DNA of 64,000 nucleotides from Tricharina praecox (Eukaryota): NCBI RefSeq assembly GCF_024521635.1, contig NW_026250416.1, positions 806,001 to 870,000 of the forward strand, read 5' to 3'. Shown piece by piece: positions 50,431 to 62,816 of this stretch (position 1 is its first letter; each line of letters starts with the position of its first letter). The notes under the pieces were generated by a model. It saw only the letters and a program-made list of their open reading frames with translations, ran no database searches and was not told where the DNA came from. The position numbers and the translations under genes were made by a program.

Positions 50431-51399
50431 ATGTCCATTCCCGTCATATCCCTCACGGGACGCCGCGACGTTGTCGTCGCCTCCCTCCGCGATGCGTGCC
50501 TTCGCTACGGCTTCGCTCAACTTACCGACTCCTCGATCACTCCCGCACTCACGTCTGACGTTTTCACGGTGGCCAAACGCTTCTTCTCCCTCCCCCTCGC
50601 GACGAAGAACGCCCTGTCCAAGCTCTCCCACTACAGCGCCGGCTACGACTCGTACAAGAAGTACACCCTCGAGATCGGCGGCGTCTACCCGGACCTTAAC
50701 GAGGGCTTCGTGATCGGCAAGCTCAACAGCGAGGGGAGTTGCTGGCCCGACACGGATCAGCATCCGGAGCTAGCGGACTTCCGCAGTACCTGCGAGGCAT
50801 TCCAGGAGGCACTGCACGGTGTCGTCAAGGAGGTGGCGGAGATCATCGCCGAAGGACTGGGACTGCCCAGCGGCCACTTCGACGAGTTTTTTGTCGACGA
50901 AAACGGCAACGCGAGGTTGACGCACTACATCTGTCCCGACGACGCCGAAGACGACGAGGGAAGTCTTGGATGCGGCGAGCATACGGACTGGGGCTTGCTC
51001 ACACTGCTGGTGCAGGATGAGGTGGGTGGATTGCAGGTTCAGGATGTGCAGACGGGTGAGTGGCTGGATGTCACGCCGATGCCAGGCGCGCTGGTGTTCA
51101 ATGCGGGTGATATGCTGGCTAGGTTTACCAATGGCGTGTATGTTTCTGCGAAACATAGGGTTATCCGTCTGCCGAAGGGGGTGGAACGCTACTCGATCCC
51201 GTTTTTCTCCGTCGGGGCGGACTACTATTTTGTTGATGTGCTCCCGTTAGGAAGTGACTGGGTGGAGTGGGTGCGGGAGAAGAAGGGGGATCCACCTACG
51301 GAGGACAGACTATTCCAGCCAATCTTAGCAGGCGAGTATCTTGCGTTGAAGTTCCATGAGGTGAGGGATGCGAAAGCTGAGGGTGAAGTGGGTGCTTGA
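50431..51399 (+). CDS. 2-oxoglutarate/Fe(II)-dependent dioxygenase, IPNS-like (DIOX_N + 2OG-FeII_Oxy)
   Basis: MSIPVISL...LRDACLRYGFAQL...AKRFFSLPLATK; RLTHY; GEHTDWGLLTLLVQDEVGGLQV (HxD); NAGDMLARFTNGVYVSAKHRV (distal His); RYSIPFF (RxS 2OG-binding). Intronless. Confidence 0.95.
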   Translation: MSIPVISLTGRRDVVVASLRDACLRYGFAQLTDSSITPALTSDVFTVAKRFFSLPLATKNALSKLSHYSAGYDSYKKYTLEIGGVYPDLNEGFVIGKLNSEGSCWPDTDQHPELADFRSTCEAFQEALHGVVKEVAEIIAEGLGLPSGHFDEFFVDENGNARLTHYICPDDAEDDEGSLGCGEHTDWGLLTLLVQDEVGGLQVQDVQTGEWLDVTPMPGALVFNAGDMLARFTNGVYVSAKHRVIRLPKGVERYSIPFFSVGADYYFVDVLPLGSDWVEWVREKKGDPPTEDRLFQPILAGEYLALKFHEVRDAKAEGEVGA

Positions 51400-52019
51400 A
51401 CTCCGATTCGAATTGTAGACGAGAACCGTGTACTTATTCAACATAGTATTAGATTTTTCAATCAACTGTACAACCAAGCCACACTTGCAAGCTTTCTATC
51501 ATGCTGCAATGCCGCTGCCGACCAGACCACTTGTTCCATGGGCTTTTTATCGTAGGACATGGCGACAGCTCTGCTGTTGTAAATGGGGATGTATCTGTCG
51601 TAATCTTATAAGTCGCAGTACTAGTAAGTCGAAATGCAATGCAAATAAAACACCGAAAGAAGCTACTGCAAACCGAGAAACGTTGCTGCAGTGACGTGAC
51701 AGCAGAGTCAGGGAGCTCTTGGCAAACAGCCCGCGTCAATAATCGACCCTGAGTTGGTGATTTCCGGACGCCTCTGGTACTTTCAGTAGGGGTTGTTTGA
51801 TGTCAATCAGTTCAGGATTTTGCCGCCACGGAATGTCGGCGACTTCTATCGATTACCACTTTCAGAGATTTTGGGGTCCAACAGTGAACTTTGTAGATAG
51901 TCGATTACAATCCTACAGAACTCTGGGGTCAAACCATATGGCTGGCCAATTAGGCCTCCGCCGAATCCTACATAGCACCACCGCAACTCCATCCACCCAT
52001 CGCAATCCATCGCAATTCA

Positions 52020-52930
52020 TCCCGTTGATCATCACGTGTTGGTTCCACGGTTTGTCAGTCGTATGTTTGTGAACTGCATGTCACTCGTTTGTCCAAAGAT
52101 CAGTTATGTTTTACTGCAAATAGAGCGTGGCTGGGTGCTATGTGTCTTGCCGGTATAAAAAGACTCTCTTGTTCCTACGTGGCTTGTCTCTTTGTGATAT
52201 TATCATTGTCTTAATATGTTTCATTACGTCAATACTCACTGTATTTCTAACATATCCTTCAAGGTGCTACAAAAGTGGACACTCCTACATCCTTTCCTTC
52301 AACCCAGCCATCGGCTTTAAGATGAATGTCCTCGTGCATAGCAGAATCGAAGCCTCGTTCACTGTCATGTTGAGAAGAAACATTCCACCGATGCTACAAC
52401 TGTAGACAGGAGTGACGGTCTCATCGCCGGACGGATCAGCCTCTGTTAAAGAAAAATCAAAGCTGGGCGACGTATTCGGGAGAATATCGAGGCGATCTAA
52501 ATCATGATATCAACCCAAGATGGAAGGTACAAGGTTCACCACGATGATCTGTGGCAGTTCATCGCGGAGAAGTCAGCGGGTATCAGCATCAAAAATGCCG
52601 AAGACCAACCTGTCCTTCGATGTCTCGAAGTCGGATACTGCCATTGATACCTGATTGCCGTTGCAGATCTACTCACCGCATTCCCAAACGATATCTAGCC
52701 TCCGTACACAGCTGTGGAACATGGAATCCTTGGTGTCAGCGAAGCCCCTATAGTTCCGCATCAAAGCCAGGTCTGATGGGGAGTTCAAGCCGTATTGGCT
52801 GCCGGAAGATCAAAATTCTTCAGTACTACCACACTCCAAGCTGGCGATTTTAACGGACACAAGAAAACGGTCATCACTGATTTCTAACGTTTTGCATTCA
52901 ATTTACCGATCCATGCCGTCGAGTGCGGTC
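52020..52930 (+). pseudogene. Decayed inverted paralog of 2784-3600
   Basis: Shares the TATA block, TGTTGAGAAGAAA.AT.CCACC.A.GCTACA.CTG, and the peptide GDFNGHKKTVITDF*RFAFNLP. Confidence 0.5.
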
Positions 52931-53176
52931 AGTCCCAGCCCAACACCTGCGCACACTGGCCTCCCCAGACCAGTCGAAGCCACAAAACGAACTATTTTAC
53001 ATATCGCACTCCTGTACGACTAATGCTGAGATATGGAATGGGTGGACTCTCGGCGACACTGATAACTACGCTAAGTAATACGTGAGATCCTGTCAAAAAC
53101 TCTATACTAAAATGGCGAGCAAAGCGGTTGATAGTACTGGCATAGTGGTAAGGAAAAGAGGGAAATCAATACATTA

Positions 53177-54078
53177 TTATGAAATGGAAAAGCAATTAGA
53201 ACATCGAGAAGCAGTCGATGGAGAGACAGTAGTTTTGCGCAAGATGAAAAACCCTTGAGGCTTGTTTTGTGTTCCGGATAGTCTTCTTCGCCATCTCAAG
53301 CATCTTCGACAGCAGATCGCGCCGGTGTCGGTGGGTCTATTCTCGGACCGATTAGTCATCCTGGTAGGCTGCCAAATCTCATTAAGCAGTTACCTTCCCA
53401 GGTTATCCTCCTGGACCTTGCTCTTGGCGCCGTGCTGGAATTTTGGCCCAGGAAATCCGGCCCCAAATGGCCTTCTCGCACCCGTGGAGGCGGTAATGCC
53501 AGCCGCGGCAGATGTGAAATGAGCGACGGTGGAGGCCGACGCCTTTTGCTCATTCTGCGCATCTTCAGTTCTCGTATCGATCGGTCTATGGGTGCTAATA
53601 CCTAAAGCAGTCATACGACGAGGCTGCGCTGCGAAACCGTCGTCAGTATATTGAACTACGAAAGAATTAACTACTTTGACTGGATAGTATTCTTACCTTT
53701 CCTCCCCTCGGGAATCCAATTCCCCGTCTTGGTCACTGCTTTGTCGGATGTTCCGGCGCTCGAGGCCAATAGATCGCACACCGCGTAGTTGTGGTCCGGA
53801 AGTTTCTCCGTCGCGCCATCCCCGTACCACATAGGGTTCCCTCCTCGAATTCGTTGCCGACAGCTCTGGTTGATCTTGATAAACTGTGGAACTTCGTCAG
53901 CTGGGGGCGATCTGCTTTCGGCGCGGAGATGACTGCGCGGTAGCAGCCGTCCCGCTGACGGAGTAACTCCCCACTCGATGGACCTCTCCACCGTTGGTTC
54001 TGAAGGTGGCGAGCTTTCGTCAGCCGGCGTTCTTGGTAGCAACAACACGGTCAAGTCGCTGGATGCTGGAGGAGGCAT
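53177..54078 (-). CDS. Two-to-three-exon orphan protein
   Basis: MPPPASSD...WIPEGRK|AQPRRMTALG...DNLGR|PTDTG.... The GTAAGA...CTGAC...GCAG intron joins ORFs 53671-54078 and 53390-53614 in frame. A further GTAACT...CTAAT...ATAG intron is plausible. Confidence 0.55.
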
Positions 54079-54598
54079 GGCTTCCTAGTAGGGCGTGTAA
54101 GGTGTGATCTTAAGTTGACAGGAAGACGGGACGCGGATAAAGAAGTGGTGATGAGGTGAAAGTTCATTGTAAAGTAGGGAAAGGTGGAGAAGGAAGGGAA
54201 GTGTTGCGTAAGTAGGGAAAGGATGAGATCCCTTGTACGCATTAAATGGACTAACGTGTTGACAATTGTGTGGGAGAGTGAGAAAGTTACCGCAATACCA
54301 CAGCACACAATATGTCGAACCACGTACCAACGGTTTATCCACACGTCAGTAAGTACGCCAAGGCTTGGCAGACCAAGTAGCGGCGAGGTAGTCCCAGACG
54401 GCCAGCCCCGCTGCAAAAAGACCTTCTCGCGATAAAAGCCTCTATTTTTGCGTTTATTCGTTTGTTGATTTCCTCAACGTGGTAATTTTCACCGCCTGCA
54501 CAAATCGGCTACAAATACGAGCGCGATTGCACGTTGTTGGCTGCGAACCCCCGTTCTCCTGGTCGACTGCTGCCGATCATTAGGGCTAGCTCGGCATC

Positions 54599-55049
54599 AT
54601 GGTGCTACACCGACTCGGATCAAGTACTTATCAAACATTCTTCCATCCTCTCCGCCGACTTCCTTCAATAGACCCACAACCTGCGGCACCCAAAACCGAC
54701 AGGCGCATACCTCTTACCGCTCCCCAAATTGTTTCCACCCATCCCGGCGAGGTCAGCAACTCGTCAGACCCTTCACTACACCGACCATCAGCGGCAGCCA
54801 AGACCGACAGGCGCATACCAAATGGCGATGAGTTCGTTGTGGCTCAACCTTCCGATGGGAGTTCCCGACCGGAGGCCTTTTCCACGCCGTGTCGTCACGC
54901 AGTATCCCCTCATATTCGACGACAGCTTCTCTCATACGACCAGCAAGCAGCTCCGTGCGTTTGCGAAAGAGCGTGGAATCACTCTCACGAGGACCCTTAC
55001 GCGACGGGACCAGATCCAGCTGAGGATCTGGTCCTCGAATCGAACTTGA
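54599..55049 (+). pseudogene. Fragment ending in a SAP/Rho-N/HeH-like motif
   Basis: FDDSFSHTTSKQLRAFAKERGITLTRTLTRRDQIQL at ~54915-55025. The upstream part is in another frame, with a duplicated AAPKTDRRIP block. Confidence 0.4.
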
Positions 55050-55099
55050 CAGCATCGGAATCTACACAGGTTTCATACGCCCCCCACCATGAGCCTGAT

Positions 55100-56450
55100 T
55101 GAGTGCAAGAGAAAGCCTGAAAATCATGTTCTGCTGGTGAAACCGTCTTCAGTTTGCGCATTTCTCCAGACCGTCTTCTTTGTGGCGTTTACTGTATCCT
55201 GCAACGCACAACATTACACTCTCGTACGATCAGGTTGCCTACACTCAAGCAACCATGTAGGCGTCAAATTGTTGTGTAAATCGGTTCGATTGTCAGTATT
55301 TTGCTTTAAACACTGTAGCTATGCTAATGAAACTATAGATCCACTTCAAAAAGGTTTCTCCACTTTCCCTACGACCGGGAAGCGACTTTTCACTAGCAAT
55401 GTATTACGGGTCTTCCTGGTGGCCAACTGTTTTCTGATCTTGTCTAAGCGTCGTTACCCTTTACTGTTTGAGTGTTTCCCCTGAGACCGGCGGAGGTTGC
55501 GGCATAGTGTTTTCGGAGGATTGGGGAAAATTGTTTCTTAGCGGATAATAAAGGTCCCCCTGTTGTGCCAACAATACTTGTAGTTCACATATCAGGGCCC
55601 TTGTATGCTCAGGTTTTAATGAATTGACGCAAAAGCTTTCAATCTCAAAAGTTCTTCTCATCACACCAGAGTGCAACCATCGATTTCCGTACCGAGCCTG
55701 ACGCTGCGTAATGTGCTTCGACAGCCGTGCCGTGGGCACTGCGACGATAGTCCATCATCTTCCGATAGGATTTGTGACCGGTTATTGGTAGCCAGAAACC
55801 ACAGCAGAGCCCTCGTAGTTGCTTGCGCAAAATCCACCTATAGGCCTGTGCGCACGCAATACCAGGTGAGTGAGCGGTGCCATCAAGGTCTGCACTGGCG
55901 CCGCTGGAATTTCCCCACCCGAGGGGTCAATACCGTCTGTCGGCCTTGCGCCAGATGCTCACCAATAACGTTTCACAGTCTTCCAGAAACGCAGTAATCA
56001 GAACCTTGCGATATCTGTTGAATATCTGCAGCGATCTTGTAGTTTTGGGTTGAAGCACACTAGAATCGGATTGATATTCGTGCAATTCTTAAATGCCGAT
56101 CCAGGCCGCCGTGTCTCTCTTGGCAAATGATTATATGGACCATATCGCTGGGGCGAGAGGGGTCAGAAGATCCAATCCTCCGATGGAGTAGCTTCACAGG
56201 TGTAGGGACTTGACGACTTTGGTAGCTAGGCCGCTTCTATGGAGGAATTGAGATTATGTTCGAGGAATCGCGTGGGCGAAAGTGGCAGATGGCTGGTTGG
56301 ATCGTATGAAAAGCTCCCCACTTATCTCAGATGGATAGAACAGTTCGACCCCTTCTTCTACAGCCCATCGGGGGATCTGATTTTTGAAGGCCGGAAAGGT
56401 CAGAAATTGCTGCCCGACAGTGCCAGAGGCAGAGTTTTTTGCGAGCAGTG
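55100..56450 (-). mobile_element. Probable MULE/MuDR transposase relic
   Basis: TVGQQFLTFPAFKNQIPRWAVEEG (~56350-56420) resembles the MuDR N-terminal 'VGQ.F....FK..I..WA...G' motif. Weaker downstream fragments (HITQRQAR). Very degraded. Confidence 0.4.
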
Positions 56451-57403
56451 TGTGGGCCACCACCTCTCGAGGCCAGAGGAGAGATGTGTGGAAGAAAGCA
56501 AACAACGTGATAGTAAGCCGATTGCAGGCTTGCTCGTCTCTCTGGATGATGGCGGTTGTGATGATGGGACGATTAAAAAACAAAAATTTAAAAATGCGAA
56601 AGAAGCAGAAGAAAATGAAAATGAGGAAAACTTGAAGAGGGGAAGAGCAGAAGCCGACTACTAGGACAGCAAGCATCACTGCCCGCCCCTTGGCCACTGA
56701 TGGAGGCTACCAACGCTGGTTTACTTTCCACCGAAGTCTCTCTCCAACCGCCGGCAGCTGTCGTTTAACTCTGACAAAATATCCTAGTGGCCGCCATAAT
56801 GGAGTGAGGGAGAACTATCACGGTGGGGAGGCATTTTGCAGCTGGACACCTGCGTAATTGGAATGGCACTCGCTAAAATTATTATCTTTAACGCTGTGGC
56901 TCGTCGCGCGCAGCCACATCATGCGGAATATCGTAGATAACGGGGGAAAAATATAGTCATTCTAGCAATCAAGGGTTAAAAATTGTACGAGATTCTTACA
57001 TTAAACCGCACGCTTAACATCCTGAGGGCATCTTTTAACCAGGAAAAAATTGTCCAAGAGTGTGTTGGTGCCGCAGGTAATGATGGGAAATCGACAAACA
57101 AGGCGTATGGCGAAAAAACTTGCAATAAATGACTGTGATGGTGAACAAATAGCACACCCGCAACACCACTAGGCCACGCCGCACGATTCATCGTGCAAAC
57201 AACTGACTACAGCTAGCCGCCCGCTACCCGTATAAATACCTTCCTGCCCCCCCTCCCCCCCCCCCATCCCCCCTTGGAGCTTCTTCAAGCCACCAATAAC
57301 TCATAGCGACTCCGATAACCCACAACAGCAATCTTTACCACCAGTTCATCTTCTCCTGTCCGCCTTCCGTTAGCACCACCTACACCCACGAGCACCGCAG
57401 ACA

Positions 57404-58498
57404 ATGTCAGCAAGCCTATGGTACGCGTACAATCTGGTACCCCCAGTGACGTTGCCGGGTCAGCCATCCCTCGCACAGCAGCTCTACGACTACGTCCTGG
57501 CCAATCATCTGGACGTCCCCTGGGTCCATCACTTCATCGATGGGCAGGGTACGGCGGTGCAGGCAGCATACCGGGCGATGCTCGACGACGTGAGGTACGT
57601 ACAGACAAGTAAATGTTGTTCGAACTGAGCAAAGCTAATTCACATCTATAGCAACCACTTCAACTTCCCCGTCCGATTCTCGACGGTTGGAGTGGAGGCG
57701 CACCGCAGGATCGTCAACATCCTGATCCGGGAGGCTCGGGATCTGCAGAGGTCGTTTCCCTTATCCTTCGCAGGGGCAATCCGTTACCGGGATCTGGTTC
57801 TTGTCCATGTGAATAACGGAGTTCAATATGTAACGAGGACCGGAAACTTCCAGGCTAGGCGGCAAAATCGGCAACCCCTTCCACCATCACAAGGAATCCA
57901 AGCGATTCCACCATCACAACCGGCGCCACAGGGGCCTCAAGCGTCATCCTTCTTACCAGCATCACAGGGACTGAACGCATTATCATCACCAGCAGCCACG
58001 CAAGGCCTCCACGGGATTGTATCACCACAAGCGTTCCAGGGGATTCAAGGGCAATCCGGACTATCAGCGCCGCAGGGCGGGCAAGCACTAGTATCCCGGG
58101 ATCTGCGCCCGGACAGAGGCAATCGAGACCGCCGCACGCGAAGCCTCTCACCCTTACGCGTTGATCCATTCAGGGTTGTTGTGGCTGGTCACAGTGCCGA
58201 AGGAGGTCGTGCGAGATACCGAGCGCGTGAGGAAGTATCGGCTAGTGTGAACGACGTCATGGGAAGCGACGAGGCCATCAATGTCGACGAATCGCCGTTT
58301 GATGACGAAAACGTCGATCGCGTGATCGAATGCGTAATGAGGTTGATGAATACGCAGGAAGCGCCGGCCAATGAACCCACCGAGGATGAGTCCGACATCG
58401 AAGATGCAGATCTCTCAGAGTTCCTCCGGCTTCTACATGATTCGGAAAACACTGGTCAAACGGAAGACCACCCACATGGAGGCGACTCGGAACAGTAG
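57404..58498 (+). CDS. Two-exon orphan protein with a Q/P/S-rich repeat middle and acidic C-terminus
   Basis: TATAAATA at ~57231 and ACAATG start. Intron GTACGT...CTAAT...ATAG (57595-57651) joins MSASLWY...LDDV to SNHFNFPVRFSTVGVEAHRR in frame. About 6 copies of a ~9-aa (P/A)xQG repeat. Confidence 0.75.
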
Positions 58499-59820
58499 TA
58501 ACCTGTGGCGAGGTTAAACGATTCTAGACAGACCGTTTTGGGCAGGGGCGAATTTCTAGGTACGCAGTCTGAGCATTCACTAATTTTTCATGGTGAACAA
58601 CCACTGATCTAAATACAGTTTTTTTCTTTGCGATTCTAGAAGAGGAGGACCACAAGCAGACATGTGTGTCGGCTGAGAGCGTGGGGGCAGCATTCAGGGG
58701 ACGAAATCTCACCAATAGCTAGTCTTCTTCCTTTGGAATGAAAATACGACGATCGTGGAACTAAAAAAAATGCGTGCTTTTGGCTGCAGTGAAATCATTG
58801 ATGTTCGACACATGGTTGTCAGAGATCTTACTAGATGCTTGCTGCGGTTTCTGGTAATTGGCCGACTGCGGATTTTGAGACTTCTGACGGCGCGCTTGTG
58901 AATCTCCAGAGAGGTTCTTATCAGGTTACTCAGTTGGGGGTGCTGCGGTTCTCATAGCCGACAGACGCGGGAGCTAAAGCTAAGCGATCACGCCGAAAAG
59001 CCTGCAGAAACGATACTCAAATAGGGTGAAGTAGAAAATCCTAGCAAGGGACTCGGAGAGGGGTCTATTTAGATCTGGAATGGATGGTTTTGCATTCCCT
59101 CCCATGTGCATACTGGGAAAGGCCTCCCTCCGAATGGTAGGAATGGAAGGCATTCCATTGCAGCGAAAAGATCATCCCAAGAAATACGGGCATTTAGAAT
59201 CTTGGTGAGAGAAAAGGAGCTTAATCGCGCTCCTACTTCCTTCACTCCCTCTAGGAGGCCACATTCCTCCGACCCACTGGCGTGACGATTTGCTACCCCC
59301 GCCATCCCATCCCGGTGGCTTCTTGACTTCACAGAATTGGGCTTCATTCCTTGTGTCAAGGGCATCTGACGTCGCTTCTTGCACTAAGTACGGGGACCAG
59401 CGGCATTTTACGCCACCCCAGCCGATTGCAAAATTCTATCGACTAAAACGACCGTGCTCATATGTAGTCCACGAGTTGATCCCGAACAGGGTCCTATCGG
59501 AATGTCCCGATGTCAGTGGGTGACCTATGGATATCGGACGAATCCTGGAGTACTGCGCGAGGATATCATAGGTATGGAGTGCATTCCACATACCTGTAGG
59601 CATACATTCCGTACCCCCTTCCACTATTCTTGGAAGAAAAAATAACGCGATATGAACTCTCTCGGAGACAAAGAAAAATGTATATATGGCGGCAAATCAC
59701 TGGTTCTACTCAAGTTCATCACCGACCGACCACCGACCGACCGCCGACATCCCATCTACTTCCAGGTCTCAGCGGAAAACAATCCCTCTTCTTAGGATAC
59801 CCAACAACCACACCACCACG

Positions 59821-60467
59821 ATGAAGAGCTGGCAGTCCGCAATTATCGTCGCTCTCCTCATAGGGCTTGCCTCAGTCCTCGCAATTCCCACCTGTGCCCC
59901 CGAGCAAAGGTCCGCCTTCGCCGTCTCGAAGATTTCCAACGACGGAGACCCATCCCCACGCCGCACCGCCTTGGAGAAGCTCCACGCAATTTTTATCATG
60001 CCACACCTCTTCTTTCCCAAAAGCCCCGTCTCCAAGCCGAGTTCACGCATCATTCCCCGCCAACTGCCGGCCCCCAAGCAGATCTGCGAGACCACCGAAG
60101 GATCGCCGAAGCAGATGGATGTTGCGCGGATGGCGTGGCAGCTTCAGGACGCGAAGGGTGACTGCTGCCAGATCAACGATGGGCCGTGTACCGATTTGAA
60201 GAGGGAGATCACCGGGGCCATTAGCATCTGTGGTCCCAAGGGAAACTGCGTGCCGTGTAGAGAGCTCGGTAAGAGGGCTATGAAATTGGCTGGGGATTGC
60301 CGAGATTGGAAGAAGTCGGGCGGGATCGTCAGGTATATGTTGAGCTTCGCATAGAAACGTGAGTTGCGATTGCTAACGGTGGTGGAAGGTGGGGAACGCA
60401 TCTCGATATGAACATATATCGGAACCCGGATTATAAAATGCCCACCCTGTGGCCTTATCAGATGTGA
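59821..60467 (+). CDS. Small secreted cysteine-rich protein, Ecp2/Hce2-like; paralog of 9315-9923
   Basis: Signal peptide MKSWQSAIIVALLIGLASVLA. Cys domain CETTEGSP...DCCQIN.GPCTDL...ISICGP..NCVPC...DC...KSGG. Intron 60333-60388 (GTATAT...GCTAAC...AAG). Last exon WGTHLDMNIYRNPDYKMPTLWPYQM*. Confidence 0.8.
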
Positions 60468-61899
60468 TCGTGGGATGGGATACAGAAAAGGAAAAAGAGA
60501 GGATATGTAGTACTTAGGCTATTAATGCTCAGAGAAGTGTGCCTTCAGTGTGGTAATATGATCTGTGTTCCACCCCATGAGGACCGAGAATCATCGTAAC
60601 TCATAATGCGTCCGGTCGTATCGTGACTTGTGAGCCGGGCTTCACCAGTGCCAAAGCAATACGGTTTACAGCTGATGCCGCCCGCGAGCACTAATCGGCC
60701 ATGATATCGCTCCCACTTTACTCCTCCATTTCTGACCGAATATCGCACGTGAATTCCCTAGCAGCACCCGCTCGCCATGAACTATGTTGACTCCCGGTCC
60801 ATGCGCCCAGATATGACCCTCATCCGATCGGCGGAGGGGATTATTTCCTCAATGAGCCTGTTCTGGAGGATGGGTACAACGTATTCGCCGGTGATGCTGC
60901 CGCAGAGTGGCCCACTGTTGCCTGCTCGAAACACTCAGCAGTCAGCTGAAGAATTCCTGAGCAGGAGAAAGCAGGTGGGTCACAGCTGAACTAAGAAAAC
61001 GACGGTAACCCTTTTTGTCGCAAGGCGACCGACAAACCGGCCGAAACGACGGATTGGAGTCGGTCGGAACCATTCATATCGTCGGGGGCGAGCGGTGTTC
61101 TTATTGGATCCGTCAGGGAAGATTTCGCATTAGTGGATTGATTTGATGGCGGAGTTGTTCCAATAAATGGGGGTGGCGCCATTTTAACGAGTGATCGTAT
61201 GAACTCGGTGCGCCACAGTTGGATGGGGCTGGAGCGAGACAAGGCTACTGAAAACTCCAAAACCCAACTCGTCTCGAACCGTCCGGCGGTTCTGCCCGGA
61301 GCGTCTCCAAGTTTACACGAAATGGTTTCCGGTGGGCACGAGACATGAACTCAACGTTCCGAATTGACTTTCGAGTGGTGGAACGGCAATCACCCAGCTG
61401 TGACTGCGAGTACTCCCGTCACGCTTTCGAGAATCCACATTTCAAGGTACGGGTAGGTGGGCTCAATTAGGCATACGTCATCTTTCAAACTAAACGGAGT
61501 GGGATTGGAGAAGCCAGTCAGTTCCTTGATTCGGTCGGACGTACGTATTGTGAAACCGAGAAAAAAATGTGATTCTCCATCCCGTAGGAGACAGAATGGA
61601 TCATAGGTGAATGGATTCCAAAAATACAAAGAGGAAGCATCAAATAAACCCGTGAGAAGAAGAAACTGTATTCACCTATCCGTGCCTTATAAAGACAGCT
61701 CACGCAACACACTTGCCCATATCCGAATAGAACAGACAGCCTCCTCAGCATCTCCATAGCAAGCATCGTCGATCTTCCACAATACCAGACAGCATGATGA
61801 ACATTATCCTAGCATGCATCATAAAAATCTACGGTCAGGTGCACTCACGCTCGTGAATAGAGCAGTGACTGCGGGTACTATCGAACGGAAAATTGTTAG

Positions 61900-62337
61900 C
61901 TAACCCTTGTTCCGACTGATCAAAACATGGAAGGGAGCCCACAAGAATCCGCCCTTGACAGTGCCCAAGCAGATGATGGCGATGAGGACGCCGTCAAGAA
62001 AGAAGGAGGCAACCCAGACCATGGCCCAAGACATCGGATCACATCCTTCTTCGGGCCACGGCTGATGAGGCGGAGTGCGGTTCTGCAACGGCAAGATCGG
62101 GGTGGAGATCGTGACCGTAGAACTGGATCCTTCGCCAAGTGGGGGGGGACTTCCATCGGGAGTGTTGTATACGGGCTCGCCATAGCGATTGTAATAGCTC
62201 GGGACAGCGGACGAGGTCATCTCCATGCTCATCAGCAGGTCCAGGCCGTAAGGATTGGCTTGAGGAGGATCATCGACCCAGTGATCAGGCAGGATGGGCC
62301 AAAAGTACCCCGTGAGCCATCTGAGGAACCACACCAT
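61900..62337 (-). CDS. Putative small membrane protein (may continue past an intron)
   Basis: MVWFLRWLTGYFW... with a hydrophobic segment WAMVWVASFFLDGVLIAIICLGTV. A GTTAGC donor-like site sits at the ORF end. Confidence 0.45.
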   Translation of the reverse strand: MVWFLRWLTGYFWPILPDHWVDDPPQANPYGLDLLMSMEMTSSAVPSYYNRYGEPVYNTPDGSPPPLGEGSSSTVTISTPILPLQNRTPPHQPWPEEGCDPMSWAMVWVASFFLDGVLIAIICLGTVKGGFLWAPFHVLISRNKG

Positions 62338-62702
62338 GATGATTCTGAAGTGGAGAATGGAAGTTGTCGGGAGGATGGCGGAGCCGCGGAAGTACAGTGA
62401 GATGCGAGGAAGTGAGAAGCAAGTATGGCGGGTGTGCAGAGTCGTAATTACGAAGCGATGTACCAGTAAGAGCGGCAGATTTATATTCTCGGGGAACGTC
62501 ACACAGCGGTCCGTTTTCATTGCAGCTTGCTCGGTCATAGTCCGTCCGGAACAAAAATTAATTGTACATTCCACCAGCACTGATCTCTATTAAACTGCTG
62601 GTAACTCCCCAGCCTCAAACTCCATGCTCCGTAAAACAAAAAAACGCAAAGCATTAACATCCCAATAGCCTGGGATGTAAAACGCTCGAAAGTACCCCTC
62701 CT

Positions 62703-62816
62703 TCATAGCCCAACTTCGGTCAAACGACCACCCTGTCTCCAGCGATCTTCATCCACCATAACAAAGACCAGGTTCGGTCGAACAACCACCCTGCCTCCAA
62801 CGATCCTCATCCACGA
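62703..62816. repeat. Two-copy ~58-bp tandem duplication
   Basis: TTCGGTC.AAC.ACCACCCTG.CTCCA.CGATC.TCATCCAC occurs twice. Confidence 0.8.
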
